Part shown: piece after piece, positions 1-8,387 of the stretch | Numbering within the stretch: the stretch's first letter is position 1 | Layout of the letters: every line of letters begins with the position of its first letter | From: Nautiliales bacterium | GTDB lineage: Bacteria; Campylobacterota; Campylobacteria; Campylobacterales; JAADDX01 | Reading direction: 5' to 3' | Assembly (NCBI GenBank): GCA_030826765.1 | Contig: JAUUDM010000029.1 | Location: 42,181-106,180 of the forward strand | Length of the DNA: 64,000 nt | Notes under the pieces: model-generated | What the model was told of the DNA's origin: nothing | The model's input: the letters and a program-made list of their open reading frames with translations, nothing else | Database searches by the model: none | Made by a program: the position numbers and the translations under genes

Positions 1-2
1 TT

Positions 3-1307
3 AGTTTAAAACCAAAAATATTTGATATACAAGTAGCACAACAAAAATTCAAAAAGAAACCATTTAGTAAAGATGATTGGATAAATATAATTTTTTATTA
101 TGCTCCTTATAAAGTTTTTGATATAACTCAAACTATTCAGTTTTTACAAAAAGGTAGTTTTGGAATTGCTCTTGATGATATAAGTGGTGCCAATAAATAT
201 TTAGCCAAATCATCAACAATCTCAAATCTAAATCTAAAAATGAGCCAAGGGATAAAAGAGGCCCTTAATTATCACATAGTAATAGCAAATAAAATTTTTG
301 CAAAACTAGCTAAGAAACATAAATATCACTCTATTTTACAATATGATTTAGCATTAACTTATGCTAACCTAAAAGATTATCAAAAAGCTTATATTCATTT
401 TTTAAGAGCCTATCACTTAGATAGTAATAACTATTTAGCCGGTATATTTACACTTATTACAGGTAAAAGAATAGGAATAAAACAAAAATATTTAGATATT
501 ATCCAGTCACAACTAAATGCAGATATAGATTTTTCAAACCAAAAAAATAAAAAATATTCAGCTTTAATAAGTTTTGTAACAAATAATTATTCTGATTCTT
601 TAAGCTTTGTTCAAAGTAATCCAAAAAATACAAAATTTAATCTAGCTATTGAACTGGCAACACTGTATGAATTAGGTGAAAAAACATATTTTACTCAAAA
701 AGCCACTACACTTAAAACAATTGCACCAAAAGATGTAATATCTAATTTAATCTATTTTTATGCAACGCATAATGTAAATAATATTAAAAAGTTTGCACTT
801 GATTACCAAAGAGTTTTTCAAAATTCTTTGAATAATTGGAATTTAAACAGTGTTTATTATGGACCTTTAGTTGCAGGTGAAATGTATATAAAATTTGCTA
901 AACTCTCAGGTCAATTAGCAAAACTAAGAGATAAATTACAAAATGAAGTTTTATCTACAAATAGTGACTTAACTCCACTTCTTAAGAATTTAGCATTTGT
1001 TGAACTTTTTAGTGGTAACACAGAAGAGAGTTATTCACTATTTAATGATTTGATAGATAATAAACATCAAAATGATTCTAAAACACTTTTTTATGGTGCA
1101 GTTGCTTCAATAGCTGCTAATCATCACGCAAATGCCATAGCCTTACTTGCCTTAGCAAAAGCAAAAAATAAGCAAAATTATGAAGCAAGATATGGACTTG
1201 GACTTTTATACCACGAAGCCAAAAATCTTAGAGGTGCAACAGTTCAATATTCAAAAATACCAACTGGCTTTAAAAGTGAGTTTTTTGATTTTAAAGTAAA
1301 ACCTTAA
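3..1307 (+). CDS. TPR-like repeat protein, 5'-truncated by the window edge
   Basis: I translated the frame of track ORF 240..1307 codon by codon and it stays open back to nt 3. No RBS precedes the ATG at 240, so the gene probably starts upstream of the window. TPR-like helical segments are present (YQKAYIHFLRAYHLDSNNYLAG; YEARYGLGLLYHEAKNLRGA). Confidence 0.6.
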   Translation, partial: SLKPKIFDIQVAQQKFKKKPFSKDDWINIIFYYAPYKVFDITQTIQFLQKGSFGIALDDISGANKYLAKSSTISNLNLKMSQGIKEALNYHIVIANKIFAKLAKKHKYHSILQYDLALTYANLKDYQKAYIHFLRAYHLDSNNYLAGIFTLITGKRIGIKQKYLDIIQSQLNADIDFSNQKNKKYSALISFVTNNYSDSLSFVQSNPKNTKFNLAIELATLYELGEKTYFTQKATTLKTIAPKDVISNLIYFYATHNVNNIKKFALDYQRVFQNSLNNWNLNSVYYGPLVAGEMYIKFAKLSGQLAKLRDKLQNEVLSTNSDLTPLLKNLAFVELFSGNTEESYSLFNDLIDNKHQNDSKTLFYGAVASIAANHHANAIALLALAKAKNKQNYEARYGLGLLYHEAKNLRGATVQYSKIPTGFKSEFFDFKVKP

Positions 1308-1315
1308 GGAAAAAA

Positions 1316-3136
1316 ATGAATACTTTATTTGCTAAAAATTTACAATATTTTTATAATGAAATACCTGATTATTACGAATTAATTAAAAATATAAAAACAA
1401 GACAATTTAAAATAGTAACTAATAATGGATTTAATATTTTAGATACCATTACAAACACCTACTTTTATCCCGTAGAAAATGGTAAACATTTGATGCAAGA
1501 AGTAAGCCAAGTTTATGCTAATAATCCTATGAAAAATAATTTATGGACAAAATTTTTTTTAACAAAAGAGTTATATAAATATGATGATGAATTTTTAGTT
1601 ACAACTGCTAACATTGTAAATAAAATTATAGATATTGCTAAACATTCTAAAGATTTTACAGATGGATATTATTATGACAAAAACTTTTTATACACAACTT
1701 CTATTTTTGGCTTAGGAAGTGGCCAACACATACAATATTTAATCAAAAAATATGATTTTCAATCACTTTTTATTTATGAACCAGAACCAGAACTTTTTGC
1801 AATAAGTTGTTATTTTGTAGATTGGCAAAAAGCATTTGAAAAACTTGGGAGTAATTTATATCTATTTATAAAAGGCCATATTGATACAAAAATTTTAAAA
1901 AGATTTTATGATTCAAAAGTAGTTACAAGTAACTTTTTGAGACTTGAATTTACTACTTATAACTCTCCAAAAATAGAAAATGCTAAAAAAGAGTTTTATT
2001 TAGCAAATATTTCAAACAAAAGAGGATGGGGAAGTTTTGAAGATGAGAGTGTTGGATTTAAAAATCATCTAAAAAATATAAATAAGAATATTAAAGTGCT
2101 TTCAAAAACTACTAAAATAGATGCCCCTATTTGTGTAATCGCAAATGGTGCAAGTTTAGAAAATGATATTGAATGGATAAAAAAAAATCAAAATAATTTA
2201 ATACTTATTTCAGTTGGAACTTCTATTAGACCTTTGCTAAAAGCAGGAATTCACAGTGATTTTCATATAGAAATTGAAAGAATGCCGCTTCTTGTAGATA
2301 TTTTAAGACCAAGTTTAGAAAAATATAAAGGTTATTTTGTAGGTGCAAGTGTAATTGATAGCGAACATTTTAAAATAGCAAAAAAACCTTTAATGTTTGT
2401 TCGTGACGCCTCTGCAACTACTGGTATAAGTAATTTTTTCTTAAGATTTTGTTCACCAATGGTTGGAAATACCGGATTTAGCTTTGCCGCTCATTTTAGT
2501 GATGAGATTTATATGTGTGGATTTGATGTTGGATTTCATAAAAACAAAAAAGTTCATGCAAGTGGCTCTTATTATGATGATAAAGATGATACAAAAGAAG
2601 GTTCTCCTGTAAAAGGTAATTTTAGAAATGAAGTTATGAGTGATGATTTACTAAATCTTTCTCGTCAAAATTTAGAAATGACTATCTCTATTCTTAAACC
2701 TAAAAAAGTTTATAATTTAAGTGATGGTGCTTTTATAAATGGAGCTATACCAAAACACTCAAATGAAATTAAACTAAAATCTATAAATAAAGAAAAATAT
2801 ATACAAGAAATAATAAAAAATTTTAAAATAGATAAAATAAAAACAATAGATTATTCACAATTTTTAGAACTTTATAAAGATAAAATAATAGAATTATTAG
2901 ATAAACCAATTAAAAATAAAAAAGAATTAACCCAAACTATTGATTTAGTAAATGATTATACATTAGCATTTTTGAGATATGAACCAGCAGTGGGAACTTT
3001 GATGAAAGGAACTATTTGGCATATTTTGAATGCAATTTATATTTCTCTTCATAAAACTTCACTAAAAGAATACCCTAAAATGGTAAAAACCTTAAAAAAA
3101 GAGATAAAAAATTATAAAATTCCAAAAATCTCTTGA
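1316..3136 (+). CDS. Maf-like (motility accessory factor, DUF115/MptE-like domain) protein, putative flagellin glycosyltransferase family
   Basis: 606 aa, the size typical of Campylobacter Maf proteins. The N-terminus (LFAKNLQYF...) is Maf-like. The central segment ICVIANGASLENDIEWIKKNQNNLILISVGTS...HSDFHIEIER resembles the DUF115 nucleotide-binding core (GNGPSL-type). Family assignment is from memory of the motif only. Confidence 0.55.
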   Translation: MNTLFAKNLQYFYNEIPDYYELIKNIKTRQFKIVTNNGFNILDTITNTYFYPVENGKHLMQEVSQVYANNPMKNNLWTKFFLTKELYKYDDEFLVTTANIVNKIIDIAKHSKDFTDGYYYDKNFLYTTSIFGLGSGQHIQYLIKKYDFQSLFIYEPEPELFAISCYFVDWQKAFEKLGSNLYLFIKGHIDTKILKRFYDSKVVTSNFLRLEFTTYNSPKIENAKKEFYLANISNKRGWGSFEDESVGFKNHLKNINKNIKVLSKTTKIDAPICVIANGASLENDIEWIKKNQNNLILISVGTSIRPLLKAGIHSDFHIEIERMPLLVDILRPSLEKYKGYFVGASVIDSEHFKIAKKPLMFVRDASATTGISNFFLRFCSPMVGNTGFSFAAHFSDEIYMCGFDVGFHKNKKVHASGSYYDDKDDTKEGSPVKGNFRNEVMSDDLLNLSRQNLEMTISILKPKKVYNLSDGAFINGAIPKHSNEIKLKSINKEKYIQEIIKNFKIDKIKTIDYSQFLELYKDKIIELLDKPIKNKKELTQTIDLVNDYTLAFLRYEPAVGTLMKGTIWHILNAIYISLHKTSLKEYPKMVKTLKKEIKNYKIPKIS

Positions 3137-3161
3137 CATAAGAAATGATTTTTTATATAAT
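3133..3161 (+). promoter_or_regulatory. Consensus sigma70-type promoter (TTGACA-17 nt-TATAAT) for the tRNA cluster
   Basis: TTGACA lies at 3133..3138, followed by an exact 17-nt spacer and TATAAT at 3156..3161, about 20 nt upstream of tRNA-Gly. The -35 hexamer overlaps the TGA stop (3134..3136) of the Maf-like ORF. Confidence 0.7.
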
Positions 3162-3182
3162 TTCAGCCTAATTTAGTTAGAC

Positions 3183-3259
3183 GCGGGAGTAGCTCAGTTG
3201 GCTAGAGCGTCAGCCTTCCAAGCTGAGGGTCGCGGGTTCGAGTCCCGTTTCCCGCTCCA
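3183..3259 (+). tRNA. tRNA-Gly (anticodon UCC)
   Basis: I folded the cloverleaf by hand. Acceptor stem is GCGGGAG/TTCCCGC. Anticodon stem is TCAGC/GCTGA with loop CTTCCAA. T-loop is GGTTCGAGTCC. CCA is encoded. Confidence 0.9.
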
Positions 3260-3318
3260 CTTTTAAATTTCCCAAAACATTTTTATGTTTAAATTTAAAG
3301 TAAAATGACTAAATTATT

Positions 3319-3393
3319 GGCGGCATAGCCAAGTGGCTAAGGCAGGAGCCTGCAAAGCTCTGATCCCCGGTTCGAATCCGGGTGCCGCCTCCA
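3319..3393 (+). tRNA. tRNA-Cys (anticodon GCA)
   Basis: Acceptor stem is GGCGGCA/TGCCGCC. Anticodon loop is CTGCAAA. T-loop is GGTTCGAATCC. CCA is encoded. Confidence 0.9.
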
Positions 3394-3481
3394 AAAAAAA
3401 AATTTGAAAAAGTTTTTTTGAAATTTAAGCTTAGTTTAAGCTAAGTTTTATTATAATTTCACTCCACAAACAAAACCACCT

Positions 3482-3568
3482 GCCTGGGTGGTGGAATTGG
3501 TAGACACAAGGGACTTAAAATCCCTCGGTAGCAATACCGTGCCGGTTCAAGTCCGGCCCTAGGCACCA
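3482..3568 (+). tRNA. tRNA-Leu (anticodon UAA)
   Basis: Acceptor stem is GCCTGGG/CCTAGGC. Anticodon stem is AGGGA/TCCCT with loop CTTAAAA. It has a long variable arm, T-loop GGTTCAAGTCC and an encoded CCA. Confidence 0.9.
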
Positions 3569-3632
3569 TTACAATCAAAACAAAATTTAACTTAAATTTT
3601 ATTTTGAAAATGTAACTACTATAATACTTGTT

Positions 3633-3720
3633 GGAGAGATGGCTGAGTGGTCGAAAGCGGCGGCCTTGAAAGCCGTTGAGGGTCACACCTCCCAGGGTTC
3701 GAATCCCTGTCTCTCCGCCA
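3633..3720 (+). tRNA. tRNA-Ser (anticodon UGA)
   Basis: Acceptor stem is GGAGAGA/TCTCTCC. Anticodon loop is CTTGAAA. It has a long variable arm, T-loop GGTTCGAATCC and an encoded CCA. Confidence 0.9.
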
Positions 3721-3798
3721 CTTATCTGCAAATAAATCTCATAATTTTAAAAAATATGTTAAAAATACTAATTATTTATAAATTTTAAATATTATTTA

Positions 3799-3807
3799 TG
3801 CTATAAT
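3799..3807 (+). promoter_or_regulatory. Extended -10 promoter element TGcTATAAT (lipoprotein gene)
   Basis: Exact TGnTATAAT lies 37 nt upstream of the ATG at 3844. An AAAAGGA RBS lies between them. Confidence 0.5.
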
Positions 3808-3843
3808 TTTACCTCTAAATAAAAAACTTTAAAAGGAAAAAAA

Positions 3844-4149
3844 ATGAAATCAATTTTTAAACTTTCAATCGCAAGTATAGCCGTAATGTTTTTAGCAACA
3901 GGTTGTACATATAGAAACTCAATTGGTGTTTCACAAGTTGATATATCTAAAACAGATATGTCAAAAATTAGCACACTAAAATCTGGTGAAGCATGCCAAT
4001 CATGGTTTTTAATATTCCCAACAGGATTTGATTCTACAGCAAGACAAGCTGCTAAAAATGGTAACATTTCAAAAATTGTATATCAAGAAGCTTCAGATAC
4101 TAATTTTATATTAGGTGGTTCTCACTGTATTAAAGTATATGGAAATTAA
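3844..4149 (+). CDS. Small lipoprotein (possibly TRL-like family)
   Basis: Signal peptide with lipobox MFLATG|C, and a good RBS. The C-terminal part (ARQAAKNGNISKIVYQE...HCIKVYGN) resembles TRL-like lipoproteins from memory. The antisense track ORF 3801..4067 was rejected. Confidence 0.7.
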   Translation: MKSIFKLSIASIAVMFLATGCTYRNSIGVSQVDISKTDMSKISTLKSGEACQSWFLIFPTGFDSTARQAAKNGNISKIVYQEASDTNFILGGSHCIKVYGN

Positions 4150-4188
4150 ATTATTTTAATTTAATTTGAAAAATAATATTTCTCAATT

Positions 4189-4221
4189 ACATATAGCAAT
4201 TAATTTTAATTTGCTATATGT
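4189..4221 (+). terminator. Perfect 11-bp inverted repeat (ACATATAGCAA-11 nt-TTGCTATATGT) downstream of the lipoprotein gene; possible terminator
   Basis: Arms were verified as exact reverse complements. The stem is AT-rich and no clear T-tract follows, so terminator function is uncertain. Confidence 0.35.
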
Positions 4222-4311
4222 ATAGAAAATATCTTCTGATCTAATAAATTAAATTTAAATTACACTACTTATTTAATATATCTTTACTCTAATAAATTTA
4301 ATTTAATTTTT

Positions 4312-4320
4312 TGTTATAAT
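4312..4320 (+). promoter_or_regulatory. Extended -10 element TGtTATAAT upstream of recJ
   Basis: Exact TGnTATAAT lies 21 nt before the recJ ATG at 4341. The leader contains GGGAAAAGG. Confidence 0.45.
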
Positions 4321-4340
4321 TAGGGAAAAGGTTATCTTAT

Positions 4341-5885
4341 ATGCTCACAAAAGAAAAAATCAAACAATTATTATCACAAAAAATTACTGAACTATCTCCA
4401 AAAGATATTTATCATTTTTCACTTCTTAAAAATATGGATAAAGCTACAAAAAGAATAGTAAAAGCTATTCAAAACAACGAAAAAATAACACTCGTTGGTG
4501 ATTATGATGTAGATGGAGTTACCTCTTCTACAATAGTTAATCAATTTTTCAAAAAAATAGACTATCCTTTAGAAATAGTAATACCTGATAGATTCAAAGA
4601 CGGATATGGACTTACAGCAAAACTAATGGATAGAATTAATTGTGATGTTTTAATCACTGTTGATAATGGGATTACAAGTTATGAAGCGGGAATTATTTGC
4701 AAAGAAAGAAATATTGATTTGATAATCACAGACCACCACACTCCGACCTACCCTCTTCCTGAAAGCTACACAATAATCGACCCAAAACAAAAAGATGAAA
4801 CTTTTCCTTTTATTGATATTTGTGGGGCTGAAATAGCTTGGTATTTATGTGCTTCATTAAATAGTGCTTTAAATAGCAAAATAGATATGAAAGAATTTTT
4901 AGATTATTTAGTTTTAGCAATTATTGCTGATGTTATGCCTTTAAATGATTTAAATAGAATTTTGGTAAAAATGGGACTTTCTCGCCTTTCAAAATCACAA
5001 AAGCCTTTTGCATTAGTTTTAAAAGAAGCTTTAAATAAAACTGAATTTAATAGCGAAGACATCGCTTTTAATATTGCACCAAGAATTAACAGTGCTGGAA
5101 GAATGAAAAATGCAAAATTAGCATTTGATTTTTTAAATAGTGAAAATTTAGTCCTTGCAAGAAAACTTTATGATAAATTAAATGAAACAAATGATTATAG
5201 AAAAGAGATTGAAAAAGAGATAAGTGAAATTTGTATAAATAGTAATCAAAATGAACATTTTATAATTGCAAGTGGTGATTTTCACGAGGGAGTAGTCGGA
5301 ATAGTTGCCAGTAGACTTGTTCATCACTACAAACTTCCTGCAATTATTTTTTGCGAAAAAGGAGATATTTTAAAAGGAAGTGGAAGAAGTTTAGGAGATG
5401 TAGATTTATATGAATTAATTAGTAACTGCAAAGAGCTTTTAGAAGGATTTGGAGGACATAAACTCGCTTGTGGACTCTCAATCAAAAAAGAAAACTTAGA
5501 CAAATTCACAACTAAAATAAACTATTTAACTTCACAAATTCCAAAAGACAATTTCTTTTTAGATGAATTTATTTTAGGTGAATTACCTTTAAGTGAATGT
5601 GATTTTGAATTATTAAATATTTTAAAAGAGTTTGAACCATATGGAGAAGCAAATCCAAAACCAAAATTCAGAGCTAAAGTAAAAATAGAAAATATTAGAA
5701 ATTTAAAAGATAATCATTACAAATTAATTGTATCTCAAAATGGAATTTATAAAGATGCGATAATTTTTAAATATGATGGTGAGTTTGATAATGAAATGGA
5801 GATTATTTTTACAGTAAATGAAAATAATTGGAATGGAAACACAAATATCCAACTCATGATAGAAAGATTTGAAGAAATTAAATAA
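4341..5885 (+). CDS. recJ: Single-stranded-DNA-specific exonuclease RecJ
   Basis: DHH-family motifs are present: LVGDYDVDGVTS, ITVDNGI, IITDHH and GFGGHKLACG. Length is 514 aa. Confidence 0.9.
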   Translation: MLTKEKIKQLLSQKITELSPKDIYHFSLLKNMDKATKRIVKAIQNNEKITLVGDYDVDGVTSSTIVNQFFKKIDYPLEIVIPDRFKDGYGLTAKLMDRINCDVLITVDNGITSYEAGIICKERNIDLIITDHHTPTYPLPESYTIIDPKQKDETFPFIDICGAEIAWYLCASLNSALNSKIDMKEFLDYLVLAIIADVMPLNDLNRILVKMGLSRLSKSQKPFALVLKEALNKTEFNSEDIAFNIAPRINSAGRMKNAKLAFDFLNSENLVLARKLYDKLNETNDYRKEIEKEISEICINSNQNEHFIIASGDFHEGVVGIVASRLVHHYKLPAIIFCEKGDILKGSGRSLGDVDLYELISNCKELLEGFGGHKLACGLSIKKENLDKFTTKINYLTSQIPKDNFFLDEFILGELPLSECDFELLNILKEFEPYGEANPKPKFRAKVKIENIRNLKDNHYKLIVSQNGIYKDAIIFKYDGEFDNEMEIIFTVNENNWNGNTNIQLMIERFEEIK

Positions 5886-6747
5886 TTTTACCTATTTCTT
5901 CTTTAAGTCCTTTACCCATTCTCATATTATGATAAGCCCATCTTAAATAATCAAAATCTCCTTGATTTGCAACTTCTTCAGGAGTTAATCCTTTATATTT
6001 TCCTACTTCAAATCTGTAAACTGGTGTTACTTCTTGCAAATAATAATTGATTGAATATCTAACATCGAAATCTAACTCTTGTTCTTGATTATTTAGTAAA
6101 TAATCGATATATCCCATATCTTTTTCAATTACATCTGCAATATTTTCAAATTTATATTTTCCAAAATAGAATTTTTCATATAAAATTGGCTCTTTTGAAA
6201 GCTTTATAAGTTCTTCAATTGTATGTTCTTGTAATAAATGATCAAGTAAAAGTTTTAAAACTATAACATCACCGAGGGAATTATGTGCATTTATCTCAAT
6301 ATTATATTTTTCAGCTATCTCTTTTTCTTTTTTATACAATCCAAGTGAATATCTATTGATTTGCAAAGAATGACGTCCCTCTGGCCATAAATGCTTAATA
6401 CATCTAAAAGTATCAATAATTTGCATTCTGTTTTCAAAATCTTCTTTAAAAAGCATTTCAACATCAAATTTTGCATTATGAATAACCATTACATTATCAG
6501 GTATATTTAATTCATTAAGTCTTTCCCACGGTTTTGTATTATGAATAACATCTGCTTTTTCTATCATTTCAGGAGTTATATGATGAATTGCCATAGCTTC
6601 ACAACTTATAGGAAGTGGTGCTTTACATAAAGTATCATGAATTTCTTCTATTTCATTATTTTCATCTGTTATCAGGAAACTTAGTTGAATTATTCTATCT
6701 TCTTCTTTTGTTCCTGTTGTTTCTGTATCCAATATTACAAACTTCAT
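5878..6747 (-). CDS. DEDDh 3'-5' exonuclease (DnaQ/ExoX-like) with a C-terminal DUF3820-like repeat
   Basis: Exo motifs are ILDTETTG (I), HNAKFDVEML (II) and AHNSLGDV (III, Hx4D). The C-terminus has two FGKYK(F/G)-type segments. The start overlaps the stop of the upstream cyclase gene (ATGA). Confidence 0.8.
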   Translation of the reverse strand: MKFVILDTETTGTKEEDRIIQLSFLITDENNEIEEIHDTLCKAPLPISCEAMAIHHITPEMIEKADVIHNTKPWERLNELNIPDNVMVIHNAKFDVEMLFKEDFENRMQIIDTFRCIKHLWPEGRHSLQINRYSLGLYKKEKEIAEKYNIEINAHNSLGDVIVLKLLLDHLLQEHTIEELIKLSKEPILYEKFYFGKYKFENIADVIEKDMGYIDYLLNNQEQELDFDVRYSINYYLQEVTPVYRFEVGKYKGLTPEEVANQGDFDYLRWAYHNMRMGKGLKEEIGKII

Positions 6748-8387
6748 TTATCACCTTCATAATTTGACGCTTCAAGTAATTTTTGAGAAAACTTAATTAC
6801 TTTGTTTCTTCCTGTATTTTTAGCTTCATAAAGAGCTAAATCAGCATATTTTATTGCTTCCCAAATTTTAGTAGTATGTTTAGGGAAAATAGAAACTCCA
6901 ACAGAAATTGTTTTTGTTAAAGTTTTACCATTTACTGTAATTTGAGTATTTGCAAAAGTTTCCCTTATTTTTTCAGCTACTTTTACAATTCCTTCTTCAT
7001 CTTTTATATTTTGTAAAATAATTATAAATTCTTCCCCACCAAATCTAACTACAAAATCACTTTCTCTTACACTATTTACCATAGTTTTTGCTAACTCTTT
7101 TAACACAGCATCACCTGCATCATGTCCATAAGTATCATTTACTTTTTTGAAATAATCAACATCAACCATCAAAATACCAAGTAATGATTTTTCTCTAATT
7201 GTAGAAGCTGCTATTTTATCAAGTATTTCTTCTAAATATCTTCTATTATAAAGTCCTGTCATTTGATCGGTTAATGAATTTTCTTTCATTAAATTAAGAG
7301 TATATTTTGCTTCTACTATCGAAGCTGCTTCATTTAAATAGCTTTCAACATATGCTATTTCATTTTTATGAGTTTTCCACTCTTCTTTTGAAAAATTTAT
7401 ATTTACAATACCTGTAAATGTCCCACCAGTACTAAATGGAATACAAATATAATTACATCCTTCACAAAAATTTTCTTGACAAATATGTGGAAATTTAAAA
7501 GAATTAACTTCTGAAGCTGTTCTATATGCTCTACACATTTTAGGTAAATGAATCTCACAACAATTTTCACCTTTTTGATAAATAGTTTCAATTTTTTGTT
7601 TTTCATTTAAAACTGCATATATTTTAAAATTTTCTAATTTAAATTTATTTTCTAAAATATCAATAATTCTATTATAAATTTCAGCTGTATTTGAATCTTC
7701 TTCAATAATTTTTTTGAATCTATTTATATCTCCTAAAACTTGCATATTTTTTTCAACATCTACTATTCTATCACCACTTACTGAAGCATTAGGAATTAAA
7801 ACTTTTAAATTATCTTCTATTAATTTAAAATTTTTATCTATTTGAGAAATAAATTGATTATAACTTTCAATTATATATTTTACTTGATTATTAAGTTTTG
7901 TACTTATTTTTTTAGAAAAATCTCCATGTTTAGCTTTTTTCAAACTTTGCCCAAATTCTTCAAAAATATTTAAATAAGGAGTTATTAGCCAGTTTAAAAG
8001 TAAATTTGAAAATAAAATAAATAAAATATTTATAATAACTGTTTCTAAAATAACCTGATATTTTTCATTTTCAAATTCAGCCAAAGATTTAAATTCTATT
8101 TGCAATACTTCTTTATTATTCAAATTTTCACATATAACATTTTTCTTTTTTTCTTTGCATAAATTTTTATCTGATATTCTTATATCTTTAATATTTGGCA
8201 TATTTTTAATAAGATCAAGTGCTTCATTTTTATCTTTTGAATACAAATAAATATCTCTAACTGTATCAGCTGAATGTTTAATAGCAAGTTCTGTAATAGT
8301 TGAAAATCTATACGCAGTAAAAGCGGTAAATATAATTCCACCTACAGTAATAACTAAAAATATAAATAATAATATTTTCTTTTTCAT
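6744..8387 (-). CDS. Membrane-bound diguanylate cyclase (2 TM, HAMP-like linker, Cys-rich GAF-like module, GGDEF)
   Basis: The GGDEF domain shows MVDVDYFKKVNDTYGHDAGD and RFGGEEF. There is an N-terminal TM, a region of about 90 aa, then a second TM. A cysteine cluster CC-x7-C-x17-C-x4-C-x2-C-x3-C spans residues 276-315. Confidence 0.85.
   Translation of the reverse strand: MKKKILLFIFLVITVGGIIFTAFTAYRFSTITELAIKHSADTVRDIYLYSKDKNEALDLIKNMPNIKDIRISDKNLCKEKKKNVICENLNNKEVLQIEFKSLAEFENEKYQVILETVIINILFILFSNLLLNWLITPYLNIFEEFGQSLKKAKHGDFSKKISTKLNNQVKYIIESYNQFISQIDKNFKLIEDNLKVLIPNASVSGDRIVDVEKNMQVLGDINRFKKIIEEDSNTAEIYNRIIDILENKFKLENFKIYAVLNEKQKIETIYQKGENCCEIHLPKMCRAYRTASEVNSFKFPHICQENFCEGCNYICIPFSTGGTFTGIVNINFSKEEWKTHKNEIAYVESYLNEAASIVEAKYTLNLMKENSLTDQMTGLYNRRYLEEILDKIAASTIREKSLLGILMVDVDYFKKVNDTYGHDAGDAVLKELAKTMVNSVRESDFVVRFGGEEFIIILQNIKDEEGIVKVAEKIRETFANTQITVNGKTLTKTISVGVSIFPKHTTKIWEAIKYADLALYEAKNTGRNKVIKFSQKLLEASNYEGDK

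Noticed and set aside
3421-3470. Two direct copies of TTTAAGCT (TTTAAGCTTAG / TTTAAGCTAAG) in the tRNA-Cys/tRNA-Leu spacer; also TTTAAGCTTAA at about 51134..51144 upstream of rplU. Both resemble half-sites of the nitrogen palindrome
   Set aside because: The half-sites are in direct or outward orientation, not the TG(C/A)TTAAA-N-TTTAA(G/T)CA arrangement, and the downstream genes are unrelated to nitrogen metabolism. This is likely chance in AT-rich DNA.
3459-3731. Track ORF of 90 aa on the minus strand
   Set aside because: It lies entirely across tRNA-Leu and tRNA-Ser and their spacer. The open frame is an artefact of the structured tRNA sequence, and no RBS is present.
3801-4067. Track ORF of 88 aa on the minus strand, antisense to the lipoprotein gene
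   Set aside because: The plus-strand ORF has an RBS, a signal peptide and a lipobox. The antisense frame has none of these.
4241-4311. Two similar AT-only stretches (CTAATAAATTAAATTTAAATT and CTAATAAATTTAATTTAATTTT) upstream of recJ
   Set aside because: These are imperfect, very low-complexity sequences, and I cannot distinguish them from background AT-rich spacer.
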